UHGV virus genome: UHGV-0150124
Source: a virus
Direction: 5' to 3' (one strand)
Length of the DNA: 53,037 nt
The notes below the pieces were generated by a model that did not search any database, was not told where the DNA came from, and saw only the letters and a list, made by a program, of their open reading frames with translations. Shown here piece after piece: positions 10,032-19,434 of this stretch (position 1 is the first letter of the stretch; the number at the start of each line of letters is the position of its first letter). Made by a program: the position numbers and the translations under genes.

Positions 10032-10362
10032 TGTGTGGTTAAGTGGTAGCAAGGAGTGTTTCGGATTATTTGATAGCGAAGAAGTAGCCCTGGAAGAAGG
10101 CAGGATTCTTGAATGTAGTTTAGGCCATCCAGTGAAATATGCTGCTAATCCGGTACAGATAGTTGATGAGGTGGAAGATATGAACCCGAAAGATATTAAT
10201 GTTAACTTCAATGTTAATTTTGCAGACTCTATGGATCAGTCTTGCCCTGGTGAAATACACGCAAAAGGTTTCCCGGCTGACGATCCAGAAGCAAAACGCG
10301 AATACGAAAAAGCTGCGAAAGACTTCTGCATCGATAACCTAAGCTGTTTTAATGGCAAATAA
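10012..10362 (+). CDS. Hypothetical acidic protein, moron cassette gene 2
   Basis: 116-aa ORF, ATG at 10012. Confidence 0.4.
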   Translation: MKKYSLDVWLSGSKECFGLFDSEEVALEEGRILECSLGHPVKYAANPVQIVDEVEDMNPKDINVNFNVNFADSMDQSCPGEIHAKGFPADDPEAKREYEKAAKDFCIDNLSCFNGK

Positions 10363-10377
10363 AGAGTGAGCCAATAT

Positions 10378-10611
10378 ATGAAGATGATAGGTATTATCAA
10401 ACTCGTTGTTACATCTAACAAAAAGAAGGATTTTAATATAAAAGATAAATACCCATTATTCAAAACATCTTCTGGTACTTATTTCACTGTTGGCAACTGT
10501 TTAAACTTTGTTCCGCTGACAGTGCTTGATGTTTCTGGAGGCATGGTGAAATGGTATGGAACTGTTTACGGCGATGATTTTATGCCTGATATGCTATTTT
10601 TTGATGCGTAG
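10378..10611 (+). CDS. Hypothetical protein, moron cassette gene 3
   Basis: ATG at 10378 after AAAGAGTGAG. Confidence 0.4.
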   Translation: MKMIGIIKLVVTSNKKKDFNIKDKYPLFKTSSGTYFTVGNCLNFVPLTVLDVSGGMVKWYGTVYGDDFMPDMLFFDA

Positions 10612-10621
10612 GAGTAAAATC

Positions 10622-10870
10622 ATGGGGCGGCGCAATCACGGTGATTATGTGTACACGTTGAAACAGGCCGCCCGCCTCGTCGGTTATCATGAGCACGAAT
10701 TTATTGATTTGCTGATTGAGCGCGGGATTCTGTACCAGGTATGTTTAACGCTGTACCCGAAAGCGAAATACCTACAGGAAAAGTTATTTATCATCATGAC
10801 GGATGAAAACCAGGTAAATCATTCATTCGTCACCGATAAGGGATTGACATATTTGAAGGGAGTGTTATGA
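10622..10870 (+). CDS. Putative HTH DNA-binding protein, moron cassette gene 4
   Basis: ATG at 10622 after AGGAG; segment YTLKQAARLVGYHEHEFIDLLIERGIL looks like an excisionase/MerR-type HTH. Confidence 0.4.
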   Translation: MGRRNHGDYVYTLKQAARLVGYHEHEFIDLLIERGILYQVCLTLYPKAKYLQEKLFIIMTDENQVNHSFVTDKGLTYLKGVL

Positions 10871-10947
10871 GGTGTGTGAACATTACATTCTCGAAGTGAT
10901 TATTATTGCGGTAGCTGTAATGCTGGTATTATCACCAATATTATAAA

Positions 10948-10972
10948 CCCCGCTCCGGCGGGGTGTTTTTTT
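10948..10972 (+). terminator. Intrinsic terminator ending the plus-strand cassette
   Basis: Hairpin CCCCGC-TCCG-GCGGGG followed by TGTTTTTTTT. Confidence 0.6.
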
Positions 10973-11184
10973 TAATCGTAGGATAGAAATGCCACCTCTT
11001 TGCCATCATATGTCGTACAGCCGACATACCCATCACCCATATCATGAAGATACCAGGTCTCACCGTCATCAGCCTTTACAGTGAGATCATTAATTTCATA
11101 ATCGGCAAATAATGTAAAAGCTCCAGTGCGCTCCACTACACAAAAATAAGGCATATAACCACCTCTAATTAATAACTTGCTCAA
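10972..11184 (-). CDS. Hypothetical small protein
   Basis: 70-aa ORF between the M-like gene and the moron cassette. Confidence 0.3.
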   Translation of the reverse strand: MSKLLIRGGYMPYFCVVERTGAFTLFADYEINDLTVKADDGETWYLHDMGDGYVGCTTYDGKEVAFLSYD

Positions 11185-11518
11185 ACGTTGCGTTTAGCGT
11201 GTACAAAGGCCCGTCTTTAGTCATGCTCCATTGCCGACAGACAAAAAGCCTTTGCACGTTATCCATTGACGGCGACCAGTAAAAAGCCTCGACCGCGCCG
11301 CGCGCCCTCAAGAATGCTTCCGCCTGGATTGCTACGTTTCCACCATCACCACATCCGGCGCTACTGCCTTTAAACACCAGGGTGTAGCTATCAAGCAATG
11401 GATTGATACCTTTTACCTGTCTTTGCTCATAACCATCGCCCAACTTAACAACAGATACGTCTGGCTTCCTGGTCACGCTGTAGCTTCTTTGCGGCGTCCA
11501 TCTGAACACTTCCGGCAT
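11165..11518 (-). CDS. Minor tail protein M-like
   Basis: 117 aa; matches lambda gpM by eye (FRW...GDGY.QR...FEQV.N). Confidence 0.8.
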   Translation of the reverse strand: MPEVFRWTPQRSYSVTRKPDVSVVKLGDGYEQRQVKGINPLLDSYTLVFKGSSAGCGDGGNVAIQAEAFLRARGAVEAFYWSPSMDNVQRLFVCRQWSMTKDGPLYTLNATFEQVIN

Positions 11519-11685
11519 AAAACCCCCACAAGTTACATTTTGTATATATCTTTACGCGCTTCTACGCGAAAAATAAGATCATTGTCACAATGATTATAGC
11601 TAGTTTACAAAATGGCTTCACATAGCACGCAACAAGATGTATATAGAAAGCAAGAAGAAAGTAGTACCAACGAAGGAGGCCCAAA

Positions 11686-11841
11686 ATGAAACGCTATGTA
11701 GTAGTAATGCTAAATAACGCATTCGAACAAGTGGAAATAGCAATCGTTAAGGGTTTCGACGACGCATTCAAATACGGTCAATTCATGATGAATGCGAAAG
11801 AAGATGAATACCGGGACTTCTTCCTGAAGGCACTTAACTAA
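11686..11841 (+). CDS. Small ORF (51 aa), first gene of opposite-strand mini-cassette A
   Basis: ATG at 11686 after AAGGAGG; preceded by motif GTTTACAAAATGGCTTCA. Confidence 0.3.
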   Translation: MKRYVVVMLNNAFEQVEIAIVKGFDDAFKYGQFMMNAKEDEYRDFFLKALN

Positions 11842-11858
11842 GGATGATGGGGTGAGTT

Positions 11859-12113
11859 ATGAAACTGGTAGCGATTGACAGAAATCTGAAAGCACAGAAA
11901 AACGCACAGGACCGGATCATCAAGAAAGGTAAGGAATTACTTAAAGCCTTTCTGAGAAAAGAAGTTTACCCCAAAAAGTTACGCGACGGTTACGGATACA
12001 AAATGGATATCAATCTTGATTGGAGGCTGTTTAGCGAAGATTTGAAGGTTTGGTTAATTGTTGAGCACCATGCCTATAACAAGTTATGTGGCGTGAAAGG
12101 CACTCATAAGTGA
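11859..12113 (+). CDS. Hypothetical basic protein (84 aa), mini-cassette A
   Basis: ATG at 11859 after GGGGTGAG; followed by terminator. Confidence 0.4.
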   Translation: MKLVAIDRNLKAQKNAQDRIIKKGKELLKAFLRKEVYPKKLRDGYGYKMDINLDWRLFSEDLKVWLIVEHHAYNKLCGVKGTHK

Positions 12114-12174
12114 GTCGAGATATTCGAAAGGGGATATATCGCGCGGAATGGTCGTTTATAAATACGAAAAATAA

Positions 12175-12205
12175 CCCCGGCATTGCACCGGGGTTTAGTT
12201 TATTT
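12175..12205 (+). terminator. Intrinsic terminator after mini-cassette A
   Basis: Hairpin CCCCGG-CATTGCA-CCGGGG followed by TTTAGTTTATTT. Confidence 0.5.
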
Positions 12206-14545
12206 GCGGCGAGGTTGCAACATTCCGCCTGGTCTTTGAGATTCCCTTGTTATCATTTTCATGGCTACACGTTCCATTGTTAATTCAAGTCTGCGGCTGT
12301 CTTCGTCGCTGAATCCGTTCGTGGTCTGAATGCTGATACTGACAGGCATACTAATACCGCCACCGCCGCCAATATCACGGCCCGGAATAACTCTGCCGTT
12401 CTCGCCAGGGATCATATATTGATTGCCGTTAGATGTCTGGAATAGCTCCGGCCTGTTGTGTTCCCCTACGCGGTACATATTACCACCAATGACGCTACCA
12501 CCATTAAAGCGACCGCCGCCGAAAATTGACGTAGCCAGCGACATGATCGCAGTGAGCGCCGCCGAACCAGCCGCCGCCCAGCTACCGCCAGTTGACGCCG
12601 CAGTTGCCGCCGCTGCTGGGGCCGCCGCCGCAGCAATGCTTCCCTGAGCTGCTACCGCGCTTGCTGTTGTACTTGTTTGCGTGGCCTTGCTTTGTGTCTC
12701 CATCATGATCTGATCTGCTATCCAGTTTGCAGCTATGTCTGAGAGTCTGTTACCGATATTGCCGAGTATATTGCTTCCTAAGTTAGCAAAAACATCACTC
12801 AATGATTGAGTGCCGTTTAACAGGCCAACAAGCGCATTACTCATTCCGCCTTTAAGGCCATTAACACAATCACCGATAAGGCCGTTTGTGTCGCTTTGCG
12901 CCTGCCATTGTTCCCATTTCAGATCGCGGATCTGTTGCTCATAGGCTAACAATTCCTGTTTCTGTTGCGCTTCAGTAGCGCCCAGGTCTATAAGCATTTG
13001 CTTACGGATGGCCCATTCATTTTGCGCCTGCTGGATGGGGTCAACTTCGCCTTTTAGCTGATCCATCGGGCTTACTATTTGTGACCATTTATCACGCAAT
13101 TCATCTACCGGAATTTGTGCTAATTCTTCTTTCAGTTCCTTACCGATCCCTTTTTGCGCGGCGCGGTACTCAAGGAGTGTGATTTTACCCTGGGCGAATG
13201 CAGCATCAATGGCCTTTCCGTTCTCTAATGCTTTGCGCATAGCTGCGGCGTCTTTATTGTACTGGTCAGAAACGCTTATGCCCTTGTCACCAAGCGTATC
13301 CTCTTTGCTTTTCTTGCTGCCAGTTTTCTTACCCTTTTTAGGTTTATCAACTGGTTTATCGAATCCGGTAATGGCTCCGTCTTTTGGTGCTGTTAACGCC
13401 TCTTTCGCTTCTTCGCCTTTTTTCCTGACCGCATCAAGATCACTCTTAAGCGTCATAACCTGGCCTACGACCGGGCCGAACATTTTTGTCGGATTGCTGT
13501 TTAGTTCTTCCTTGCGCTCGTCTACAATTTCCTTCATCCACTTATATGCATCCATCAGCGCCTTGATTGGCGTCACCATTGCAATGATCTTCTCTGCTAC
13601 CTCGCCAGCCTTCACAGCCACATCATCAAACATGTCGATGAATTCGCCACCAGCCGTTTTGAGTGTATCGAAGCAGGTTTTAGCGAATTTAGCGCCCTCG
13701 CCAAGCCCTTTAACGCCCTTCGTGATTAAGTCGATAGCTGAAACAACGCCATCTGATACGCCGAAAAGATCATCAAGCTGCTCAACAAGGCCCATGATTT
13801 CGACTTTAAGCTCATTCAGGGCCGTGCCGGATGTGCGCGGCAACTGCGCAAACTTCTCGTTTGTTTCCTGCGTAGCCGCCTGGATTGCGTTAACCATCCT
13901 TTCTGCCGTGATCTTACCGTCCAGCATTTCGGCGCGGAACTGGCCCATTGATAATCCCATATGGCGGGCCATTGTTTGTACGATGGTCGGGGTGTTTTCA
14001 AGTAGGCTGTTAAATTCTTCAGCACGCAGCACGCCGCCGTCTATAGACTGGCGGAACTGGCGCATAGAGTTTGACATTTGCTCTGCTGACGCACCGCCTA
14101 ACGCCCCCATTTTCTGAATAGTGCCGACAAGGTTAAGTAATTGACCTTCGGTAGCTGACGTGTTCTTCAGTGAGATAGCCAGGCCTTGCCATAGTTCGCC
14201 AGTATCCTTCAGGCTCTGACCCGTCTCCCTGGATATTGCTTTCAGGCCGTCAAAAACCCGTCCGGCGGACTCTGCATCGCCCGTAAGCATTTTGATTTTT
14301 ACGCGAAGCATTTTTGCTTGCTCCGCCATATCCATAAATTGGCGCACAGCCTCGGCAGCAATTAGCAAATGGATAACCCTGGTCAGTGCCTTGATGGATG
14401 TTTTCAGGGTGTTTACCTGGCGGTCAGCCTGTTTTGCGCCGCGCTCTATACGATCAAAGGCCTGGTCTGCCTGTCGTTGTGCAACGAGAAGTTGACCAGT
14501 TTTCGCATCAACTTCGTAATAAATTGTACCTACACTGGTAGCCAT
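12200..14545 (-). CDS. Tail tape measure protein
   Basis: 781 aa, long helical/coiled-coil body, Gly/Ala-rich C-terminal region; sits between tail chaperone and tail tip genes. Confidence 0.85.
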   Translation of the reverse strand: MATSVGTIYYEVDAKTGQLLVAQRQADQAFDRIERGAKQADRQVNTLKTSIKALTRVIHLLIAAEAVRQFMDMAEQAKMLRVKIKMLTGDAESAGRVFDGLKAISRETGQSLKDTGELWQGLAISLKNTSATEGQLLNLVGTIQKMGALGGASAEQMSNSMRQFRQSIDGGVLRAEEFNSLLENTPTIVQTMARHMGLSMGQFRAEMLDGKITAERMVNAIQAATQETNEKFAQLPRTSGTALNELKVEIMGLVEQLDDLFGVSDGVVSAIDLITKGVKGLGEGAKFAKTCFDTLKTAGGEFIDMFDDVAVKAGEVAEKIIAMVTPIKALMDAYKWMKEIVDERKEELNSNPTKMFGPVVGQVMTLKSDLDAVRKKGEEAKEALTAPKDGAITGFDKPVDKPKKGKKTGSKKSKEDTLGDKGISVSDQYNKDAAAMRKALENGKAIDAAFAQGKITLLEYRAAQKGIGKELKEELAQIPVDELRDKWSQIVSPMDQLKGEVDPIQQAQNEWAIRKQMLIDLGATEAQQKQELLAYEQQIRDLKWEQWQAQSDTNGLIGDCVNGLKGGMSNALVGLLNGTQSLSDVFANLGSNILGNIGNRLSDIAANWIADQIMMETQSKATQTSTTASAVAAQGSIAAAAAPAAAATAASTGGSWAAAGSAALTAIMSLATSIFGGGRFNGGSVIGGNMYRVGEHNRPELFQTSNGNQYMIPGENGRVIPGRDIGGGGGISMPVSISIQTTNGFSDEDSRRLELTMERVAMKMITRESQRPGGMLQPRRK

Positions 14546-14702
14546 GATTTAACCTCATGCAGAATGTGATGTATGTCTCTATTTTATACAAAATGGCTTC
14601 ATTTCAACGAATACATTTTGTATAAAGAAGCTAAAGGGAAGGGATAGAGCAAATGGATTTAAAAGGCCGGATTAACCGGAGGAAGCAAAAGGGGACAAGA
14701 AA

Positions 14703-14786
14703 ATGAAAAACGCAAACTACCGCCCCAACGAACATGAACGCTATGCGGATTTCATCGAAGAAATGTTAAAAGCACTTAAAAAATAA
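14703..14786 (+). CDS. Small ORF (27 aa), first gene of opposite-strand mini-cassette C
   Basis: ATG at 14703 after GGGGACAAG; preceded by motif TATACAAAATGGCTTCA shared with cassette A. Confidence 0.25.
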   Translation: MKNANYRPNEHERYADFIEEMLKALKK

Positions 14787-14854
14787 ACAATATGCGTGTA
14801 TAAATAAGTTAAAGGAAGAATTTAGCAAATCATAATAAGCGGTAGGAGTTGATT

Positions 14855-15268
14855 ATGAAACGGTTAGCAAAAATGGCACTTACTGTGATTGCCGCACTCG
14901 CATTTAACGCGAACGCTAACGAGGCCATAAGCATTAACTGTGAAGAAGTGGCAAACCATGTAGCAGCATATCACGACATGATCAAAAAAGAACCAGCCGC
15001 GCCAGCAATTCTTTTTAAGGCAATTGATAAAAAATTTGAAGGTAAACCAGTTTATGCTCGCTGGTTTAATTATGGCCTTGTAAACGAGGCTGCTGTAGGC
15101 GTAGTCTTTGAAAATAATAGCGAAATAAAAAACAGGATAGCAAACGAGTGCAAGGCAAATAAAGTTGCTTTCGCGGAAAGAATTTTTAATGAAGGCGGCG
15201 CGGGCGCAAAAAATTACGCAATTGTAGATTTGGGTAACGGGTTTATTGATATTATTAGAATCAAATAA
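14855..15268 (+). CDS. Secreted protein with signal peptide (moron)
   Basis: ATG at 14855 after GGTAGGAG; signal peptide MKRLAKMALTVIAALAFNANA; followed by terminator. Confidence 0.5.
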   Translation: MKRLAKMALTVIAALAFNANANEAISINCEEVANHVAAYHDMIKKEPAAPAILFKAIDKKFEGKPVYARWFNYGLVNEAAVGVVFENNSEIKNRIANECKANKVAFAERIFNEGGAGAKNYAIVDLGNGFIDIIRIK

Positions 15269-15275
15269 GATGAAC

Positions 15276-15300
15276 GCCCGGATCTACCGGGCTTTTTCTT
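15276..15300 (+). terminator. Intrinsic terminator after mini-cassette C
   Basis: Hairpin GCCCGG-ATCTA-CCGGGC followed by TTTTTCTT. Confidence 0.55.
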
Positions 15301-15970
15301 GCTTGCTATTTTTCATTCTTTCCAGTGCCTTTTTAGCGGCCTCCATTTGCTCGTCATAAGCACGTTTATTTATGTGAATGTTTGGCTTGCTTCTCTCGTT
15401 TCTTTCGTCTGGCGGCGTTTTAGCGCGTACAACGGCCCTATATCCGGTCATTGTCATATTCCATGCTTCTGATTCTGATAACCCCAGGTGAGCTACGGCA
15501 GAATAAACGAATTCCAGCACGTTAAAAGTCGGCTTATATTCCCCTTCCCGGCTCTCTCCGGCGTCTTCTTCTGGCCCGTCACCGATTAAACCGTGGTACA
15601 TGCAATGTTGTGCCAGCGTGATAACGTCACTGGTCGGCATCAGTCCGGGTTTTAGTCGTAACTTGCCGGAAGAAGTTAACCTACATTCACCCAATAACGG
15701 GGCTATTTCGTCGTCTGAGCAACATTTCAGGATGCGCATTGACGTTTGTACTATCTCACCATAACACCGCGCCATAATGCGATTGCGGAGGTCTGGATCT
15801 GTAGGCAATCGTGATGGGTATTTGCTGCCGTGGATAAGTGCGAAATATTCGACAAGCTCACTATCGTTGCCGATTTTAGCCATCGCAGCAAAGCAAGGAT
15901 TAAACTCATAGCGCTTACCGTTCACCACAGCAGCAAATTGTCCTGTACGAACATGGATCATAGTATTCAC
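15284..15970 (-). CDS. Putative tail assembly chaperone
   Basis: 228-aa ORF immediately upstream (in operon order) of the tape measure gene; assignment by position only. Confidence 0.35.
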   Translation of the reverse strand: MNTMIHVRTGQFAAVVNGKRYEFNPCFAAMAKIGNDSELVEYFALIHGSKYPSRLPTDPDLRNRIMARCYGEIVQTSMRILKCCSDDEIAPLLGECRLTSSGKLRLKPGLMPTSDVITLAQHCMYHGLIGDGPEEDAGESREGEYKPTFNVLEFVYSAVAHLGLSESEAWNMTMTGYRAVVRAKTPPDERNERSKPNIHINKRAYDEQMEAAKKALERMKNSKQEKAR

Positions 15971-16016
15971 CTTAAAAGAAAAGGGGCCAAATGGCCCCGA
16001 TTGTTAATATTGGCTG

Positions 16017-16493
16017 TTATGCTGGCGGAACGTCGCCTACCGTTACCTTGCCAGCGCTTTCGCACTCAATAGACCAGGTGGAAACATCATCATGCGGATC
16101 TTCTTCTTTAAAGGAAGTGCAAAGGAATGGGCCTTCAGTTACGTCTACAGGAGAAACGATCTTCAGCCATACATAAGGTTGTGATCCGGTGGTTTCACCT
16201 GGCGTAATTACGTGGCGTTTCAGCGCTTTCTGATTATGGATTTCTTCAGTGCGGGACACACCGTCGCCGGAGAAAGAAACGGATTTGTAAGTAACCATTG
16301 ATTCTTTCGTGTAATCGGCTGATTTATCGGCGGTGGCGTCAGCGGTTTCCCATTCAACGGAAAGTGTTTTACCACGCATCATGCCTAACGCTTTGTACGC
16401 TCCAGCTTCCGGCTTCGCATTTGGACAAGCGATAGCGAAGAATACAGCAACGTCACGGCCTGTAAACGTGCCTTTTTCGCAAGTCTGAGACAT
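16017..16493 (-). CDS. Putative major tail protein
   Basis: 158-aa ORF upstream of the chaperone/tape-measure pair; position and size. Confidence 0.4.
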   Translation of the reverse strand: MSQTCEKGTFTGRDVAVFFAIACPNAKPEAGAYKALGMMRGKTLSVEWETADATADKSADYTKESMVTYKSVSFSGDGVSRTEEIHNQKALKRHVITPGETTGSQPYVWLKIVSPVDVTEGPFLCTSFKEEDPHDDVSTWSIECESAGKVTVGDVPPA

Positions 16494-16506
16494 GTTAATT
16501 TACCTC

Positions 16507-16893
16507 TTATCTTGATATGATGGTTTGAAAGGCTACGGTAAAAATAAAGCGCCCTTCTCTTGTCTGTATTGCAGGAATAGCGCCAACTGGCTTCATGTGT
16601 GTAATTTTATCAGTTTTATATTCTGTTAACATACTTTGACGGATGGCATCGGCAAGGTCTTCCACCTCACTGATATTTGCATCATTACGCGCTGAAATAA
16701 CCAGGATGCGGAAATAATCACGGGTTATTGCTTCCTCACCAGCCGCGCCGCCGTTTTGCTGGATCACGATGTATCTGTCATTATTCGAATTACTTCGCTC
16801 ATTCCAGAAACGGGCCTGCAAAATATAGCCTTCATCGTATCCGTGGGATTGAATCCAATCCCTTATTTCGTCGTAAACTTCGCTGCGTTTCAT
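16507..16893 (-). CDS. Putative tail completion / head-tail joining protein
   Basis: ORF in structural operon between capsid and tail tube genes. Confidence 0.35.
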   Translation of the reverse strand: MKRSEVYDEIRDWIQSHGYDEGYILQARFWNERSNSNNDRYIVIQQNGGAAGEEAITRDYFRILVISARNDANISEVEDLADAIRQSMLTEYKTDKITHMKPVGAIPAIQTREGRFIFTVAFQTIISR

Positions 16894-17354
16894 ACTTTGT
16901 AACCTTCTACAATTTCTTTATAAATATCATCGGCGTGGTTAGGATCTTCGAATGCCTTACGCAAGAATCCAGGCTCCGCATTTGGATCCCAATAATTACC
17001 CTTTCCAGTACCACCACCAAAACTAATTACCTGTTTCGGTCCGAAATCTGAAAGGTTATTCGTTTTGCCGAAATCTTCGCGCGGCTGGCCTTTTAATGTA
17101 CCCGGCATATTGTGCACCCATTCAGCGTAGCGGGCCGTATATCCCAGGCGTAATTGCATACCGTCCGCCGTGTTCCCTATGTACTGGAACTGACTGTTAA
17201 TTAAGAAGCCCGTATCGACTGGCGTCATATTAGCCGCGAAGCCACCAGCCAGCATACCGACGCGCCATAAAACTTCGTGCGTCTTTTTATCGGTGATTTC
17301 CTTTAGTTCCTGCTTTAATCTCTCACGGACGCGTTTAACCCCCTTGATAGGCAT
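16890..17354 (-). CDS. Putative head-tail joining protein
   Basis: ORF in structural operon; overlapping stop-start with neighbours. Confidence 0.35.
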   Translation of the reverse strand: MPIKGVKRVRERLKQELKEITDKKTHEVLWRVGMLAGGFAANMTPVDTGFLINSQFQYIGNTADGMQLRLGYTARYAEWVHNMPGTLKGQPREDFGKTNNLSDFGPKQVISFGGGTGKGNYWDPNAEPGFLRKAFEDPNHADDIYKEIVEGYKV

Positions 17355-17356
17355 GA

Positions 17357-17725
17357 TTAACCCCCTGTCACGATCTTATAATCCGGCGTGTCGTTAAACA
17401 TGCTCATATCCCATTCAACGATCCCGGTAATAACGTTGGCCCCAGCCACCAGCGGGTCGGAAATATTAGTGGTGTCGCCAGTGGCAATCATCCAGCCGTT
17501 TTTCGGGCGCTGCACTGGCTGCATATTATGAAGCAGTTCGGTAAATACGGTTATTGTATTGCTAACCTCATTACCGTTTGTGTCTGTTGCAGTGCCGTCG
17601 GTGCGCTCCCATGCGCAGTTAATCAGGTATGGTGCGCCGTATACGTCGGCGTTTGTCCAGTCGTCATGCGTTACGGGGTAGATGGTGGCTAATGCCTTGT
17701 AACTGAATCGCGCAATCTTACTCAT
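17357..17725 (-). CDS. Putative head-tail adaptor
   Basis: ORF in structural operon. Confidence 0.35.
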   Translation of the reverse strand: MSKIARFSYKALATIYPVTHDDWTNADVYGAPYLINCAWERTDGTATDTNGNEVSNTITVFTELLHNMQPVQRPKNGWMIATGDTTNISDPLVAGANVITGIVEWDMSMFNDTPDYKIVTGG

Positions 17726-17903
17726 AGCCGTAACTCCAGCTAATGACCTTTGGATGAGTTTTCGCCACGCGCGGGCAAAGAATTACCCATAAGCCAGCAT
17801 CATTGAGGTAGGCCGCCACCTGGTGTCCGCTATCCGTTTTAACCCACACGCGGGTAAATGGTTTCGGCAATACTGGATCCGGTAATGTCAGGTCGTTCCA
17901 CAT
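17718..17903 (-). CDS. Hypothetical small structural-module protein
   Basis: 61-aa ORF, overlapping neighbours. Confidence 0.3.
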   Translation of the reverse strand: MWNDLTLPDPVLPKPFTRVWVKTDSGHQVAAYLNDAGLWVILCPRVAKTHPKVISWSYGYE

Positions 17904-17905
17904 TG

Positions 17906-18307
17906 TTACATCCTCCCACTTTTACCTATCCAAAGCCCTGCGCGCGCGGTGTTTTCTGGATCTGGTGGAATCAGTTCGGCTGTACAGTGATGTTTATCAA
18001 GGGAGTAAAGCAACGAGTAGGCTGCCTTCCATTTTTTATTGAAATCGACATAGCGGTATGACTGGCTTGCACCGTTCGTACCAGTATGCGAGGAAACGTA
18101 TTTGTTAGCCTGGGTGAGTCCTAACAGGCCAATCAGGTAAAGTTGAATCAATGTTGCAGTGGAGGCCGGATAGTTGGCATCAAGGCATTCGTTAACGCTG
18201 TTTGCCTGCTCCACCAGCAAAGATAAGATAACGTCTGGCAGGTCAATACCCTGGCTTTCAAGATATTCCCGCGCCTGTTCTGTAGTGACCATTTGTTTGC
18301 TCCACAT
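17906..18307 (-). CDS. Putative head-tail connector / head completion protein
   Basis: 133-aa ORF immediately downstream of the capsid gene. Confidence 0.35.
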   Translation of the reverse strand: MWSKQMVTTEQAREYLESQGIDLPDVILSLLVEQANSVNECLDANYPASTATLIQLYLIGLLGLTQANKYVSSHTGTNGASQSYRYVDFNKKWKAAYSLLYSLDKHHCTAELIPPDPENTARAGLWIGKSGRM

Positions 18308-18357
18308 ACAAAAAAAATCCCCGGCATCGCGCCGGGGAGTTACAGAGAAGATGCTAA

Positions 18358-19419
18358 TTACTCACCGCTACCAAAGACAACACCTGAACGACCAGCCATG
18401 TCAGCAGTGATCTGTAGACCCTCGGCAGACATGATGCGGAAGTTGTAGTTATCAGTCGGCATCTGGCGCGGCAGCGGAACAACACCAGTGGTCATACCGA
18501 TCAGCGGGCTAATTACTGATTTCTGGCGCTGGTAGGCAATAAATTCGTTACCTGTCAGCGCGAAGGTCTGGCGAACTTCACCAACCGGGAGGTATGGCTT
18601 GATAACATCCAGAACACGACCAACAACAGCGCCATTAACGATGTGAGGCGCAGCCAGGTTAGCCATGATTTCAGGGGATACCCACATGACATCGTACTTA
18701 GCTACGAAGTTAGCGCGGGCCAGAGCACCGAAAGCACCAGTAGTGAAGAATTTAATCAGCACGTCAAAGGTGGCGGTAGTCAGGTCGATTTTCGCGGTTT
18801 TCAGGCTCAATTTCTGTGTATTCTTGTGGGTTTTCAGGCCCATCGCCTTATGACCATCAACGACCATCGCGTCATTCCCTTCAAGGTAGAATTTAACGCG
18901 GCGTTTGTTGAACTGGCGCAATTTAAGGCGCTGGCTATCCAGGGCGAGGTCAATACCAACGGTATTTAACCCAGCAGCGTGACGCCAGTTAACACCGTAA
19001 CCTGCGGTGAACATTGGAATCGGGTCGCCATCGCTACCGTATTCGGTGTGATCAAAGCCGTGTGGCGCTTGACCATCCATAGACATAACGACTTCATCGT
19101 TGATATCGCCTGCTACGCTGTACATTTTCAGCGTTTTACCGATAGGCAGTACGGTTTGCACAGCCATCAGGTCGTTGACGATCTCAATACCGATTTCTTC
19201 CTGGCTCAGTTCGATAATCTGATTATCGATTTCTTTCCAGAATTCTTTTTCGAAGCCGCCAACAGCGTTACAGGCCAGCATTTCAGCGGTCATATTCGCG
19301 CGGTTAGCTGCAATCATCGCGTTATGCTGCGCATTAAAGATATTGCGCTGCGCCCACAGTTCGCTCCAGTGCGCTTGCATACGGGCGTTTGTGGCTAAAT
19401 TTTCTCTAGTAAAATACAT
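18358..19419 (-). CDS. Major capsid protein
   Basis: 353-aa ORF with strong RBS, downstream of scaffold-like gene; assigned by position and size (not lambda gpE-like). Confidence 0.55.
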   Translation of the reverse strand: MYFTRENLATNARMQAHWSELWAQRNIFNAQHNAMIAANRANMTAEMLACNAVGGFEKEFWKEIDNQIIELSQEEIGIEIVNDLMAVQTVLPIGKTLKMYSVAGDINDEVVMSMDGQAPHGFDHTEYGSDGDPIPMFTAGYGVNWRHAAGLNTVGIDLALDSQRLKLRQFNKRRVKFYLEGNDAMVVDGHKAMGLKTHKNTQKLSLKTAKIDLTTATFDVLIKFFTTGAFGALARANFVAKYDVMWVSPEIMANLAAPHIVNGAVVGRVLDVIKPYLPVGEVRQTFALTGNEFIAYQRQKSVISPLIGMTTGVVPLPRQMPTDNYNFRIMSAEGLQITADMAGRSGVVFGSGE

Positions 19420-19434
19420 TATGTATACCTCTTT

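Noticed and set aside
13179-14117. 312-aa plus-strand ORF antisense to the tape measure gene
   Set aside because: Lies wholly within the tape measure gene on the opposite strand; Ser/Pro/Leu-rich low-complexity translation, no RBS
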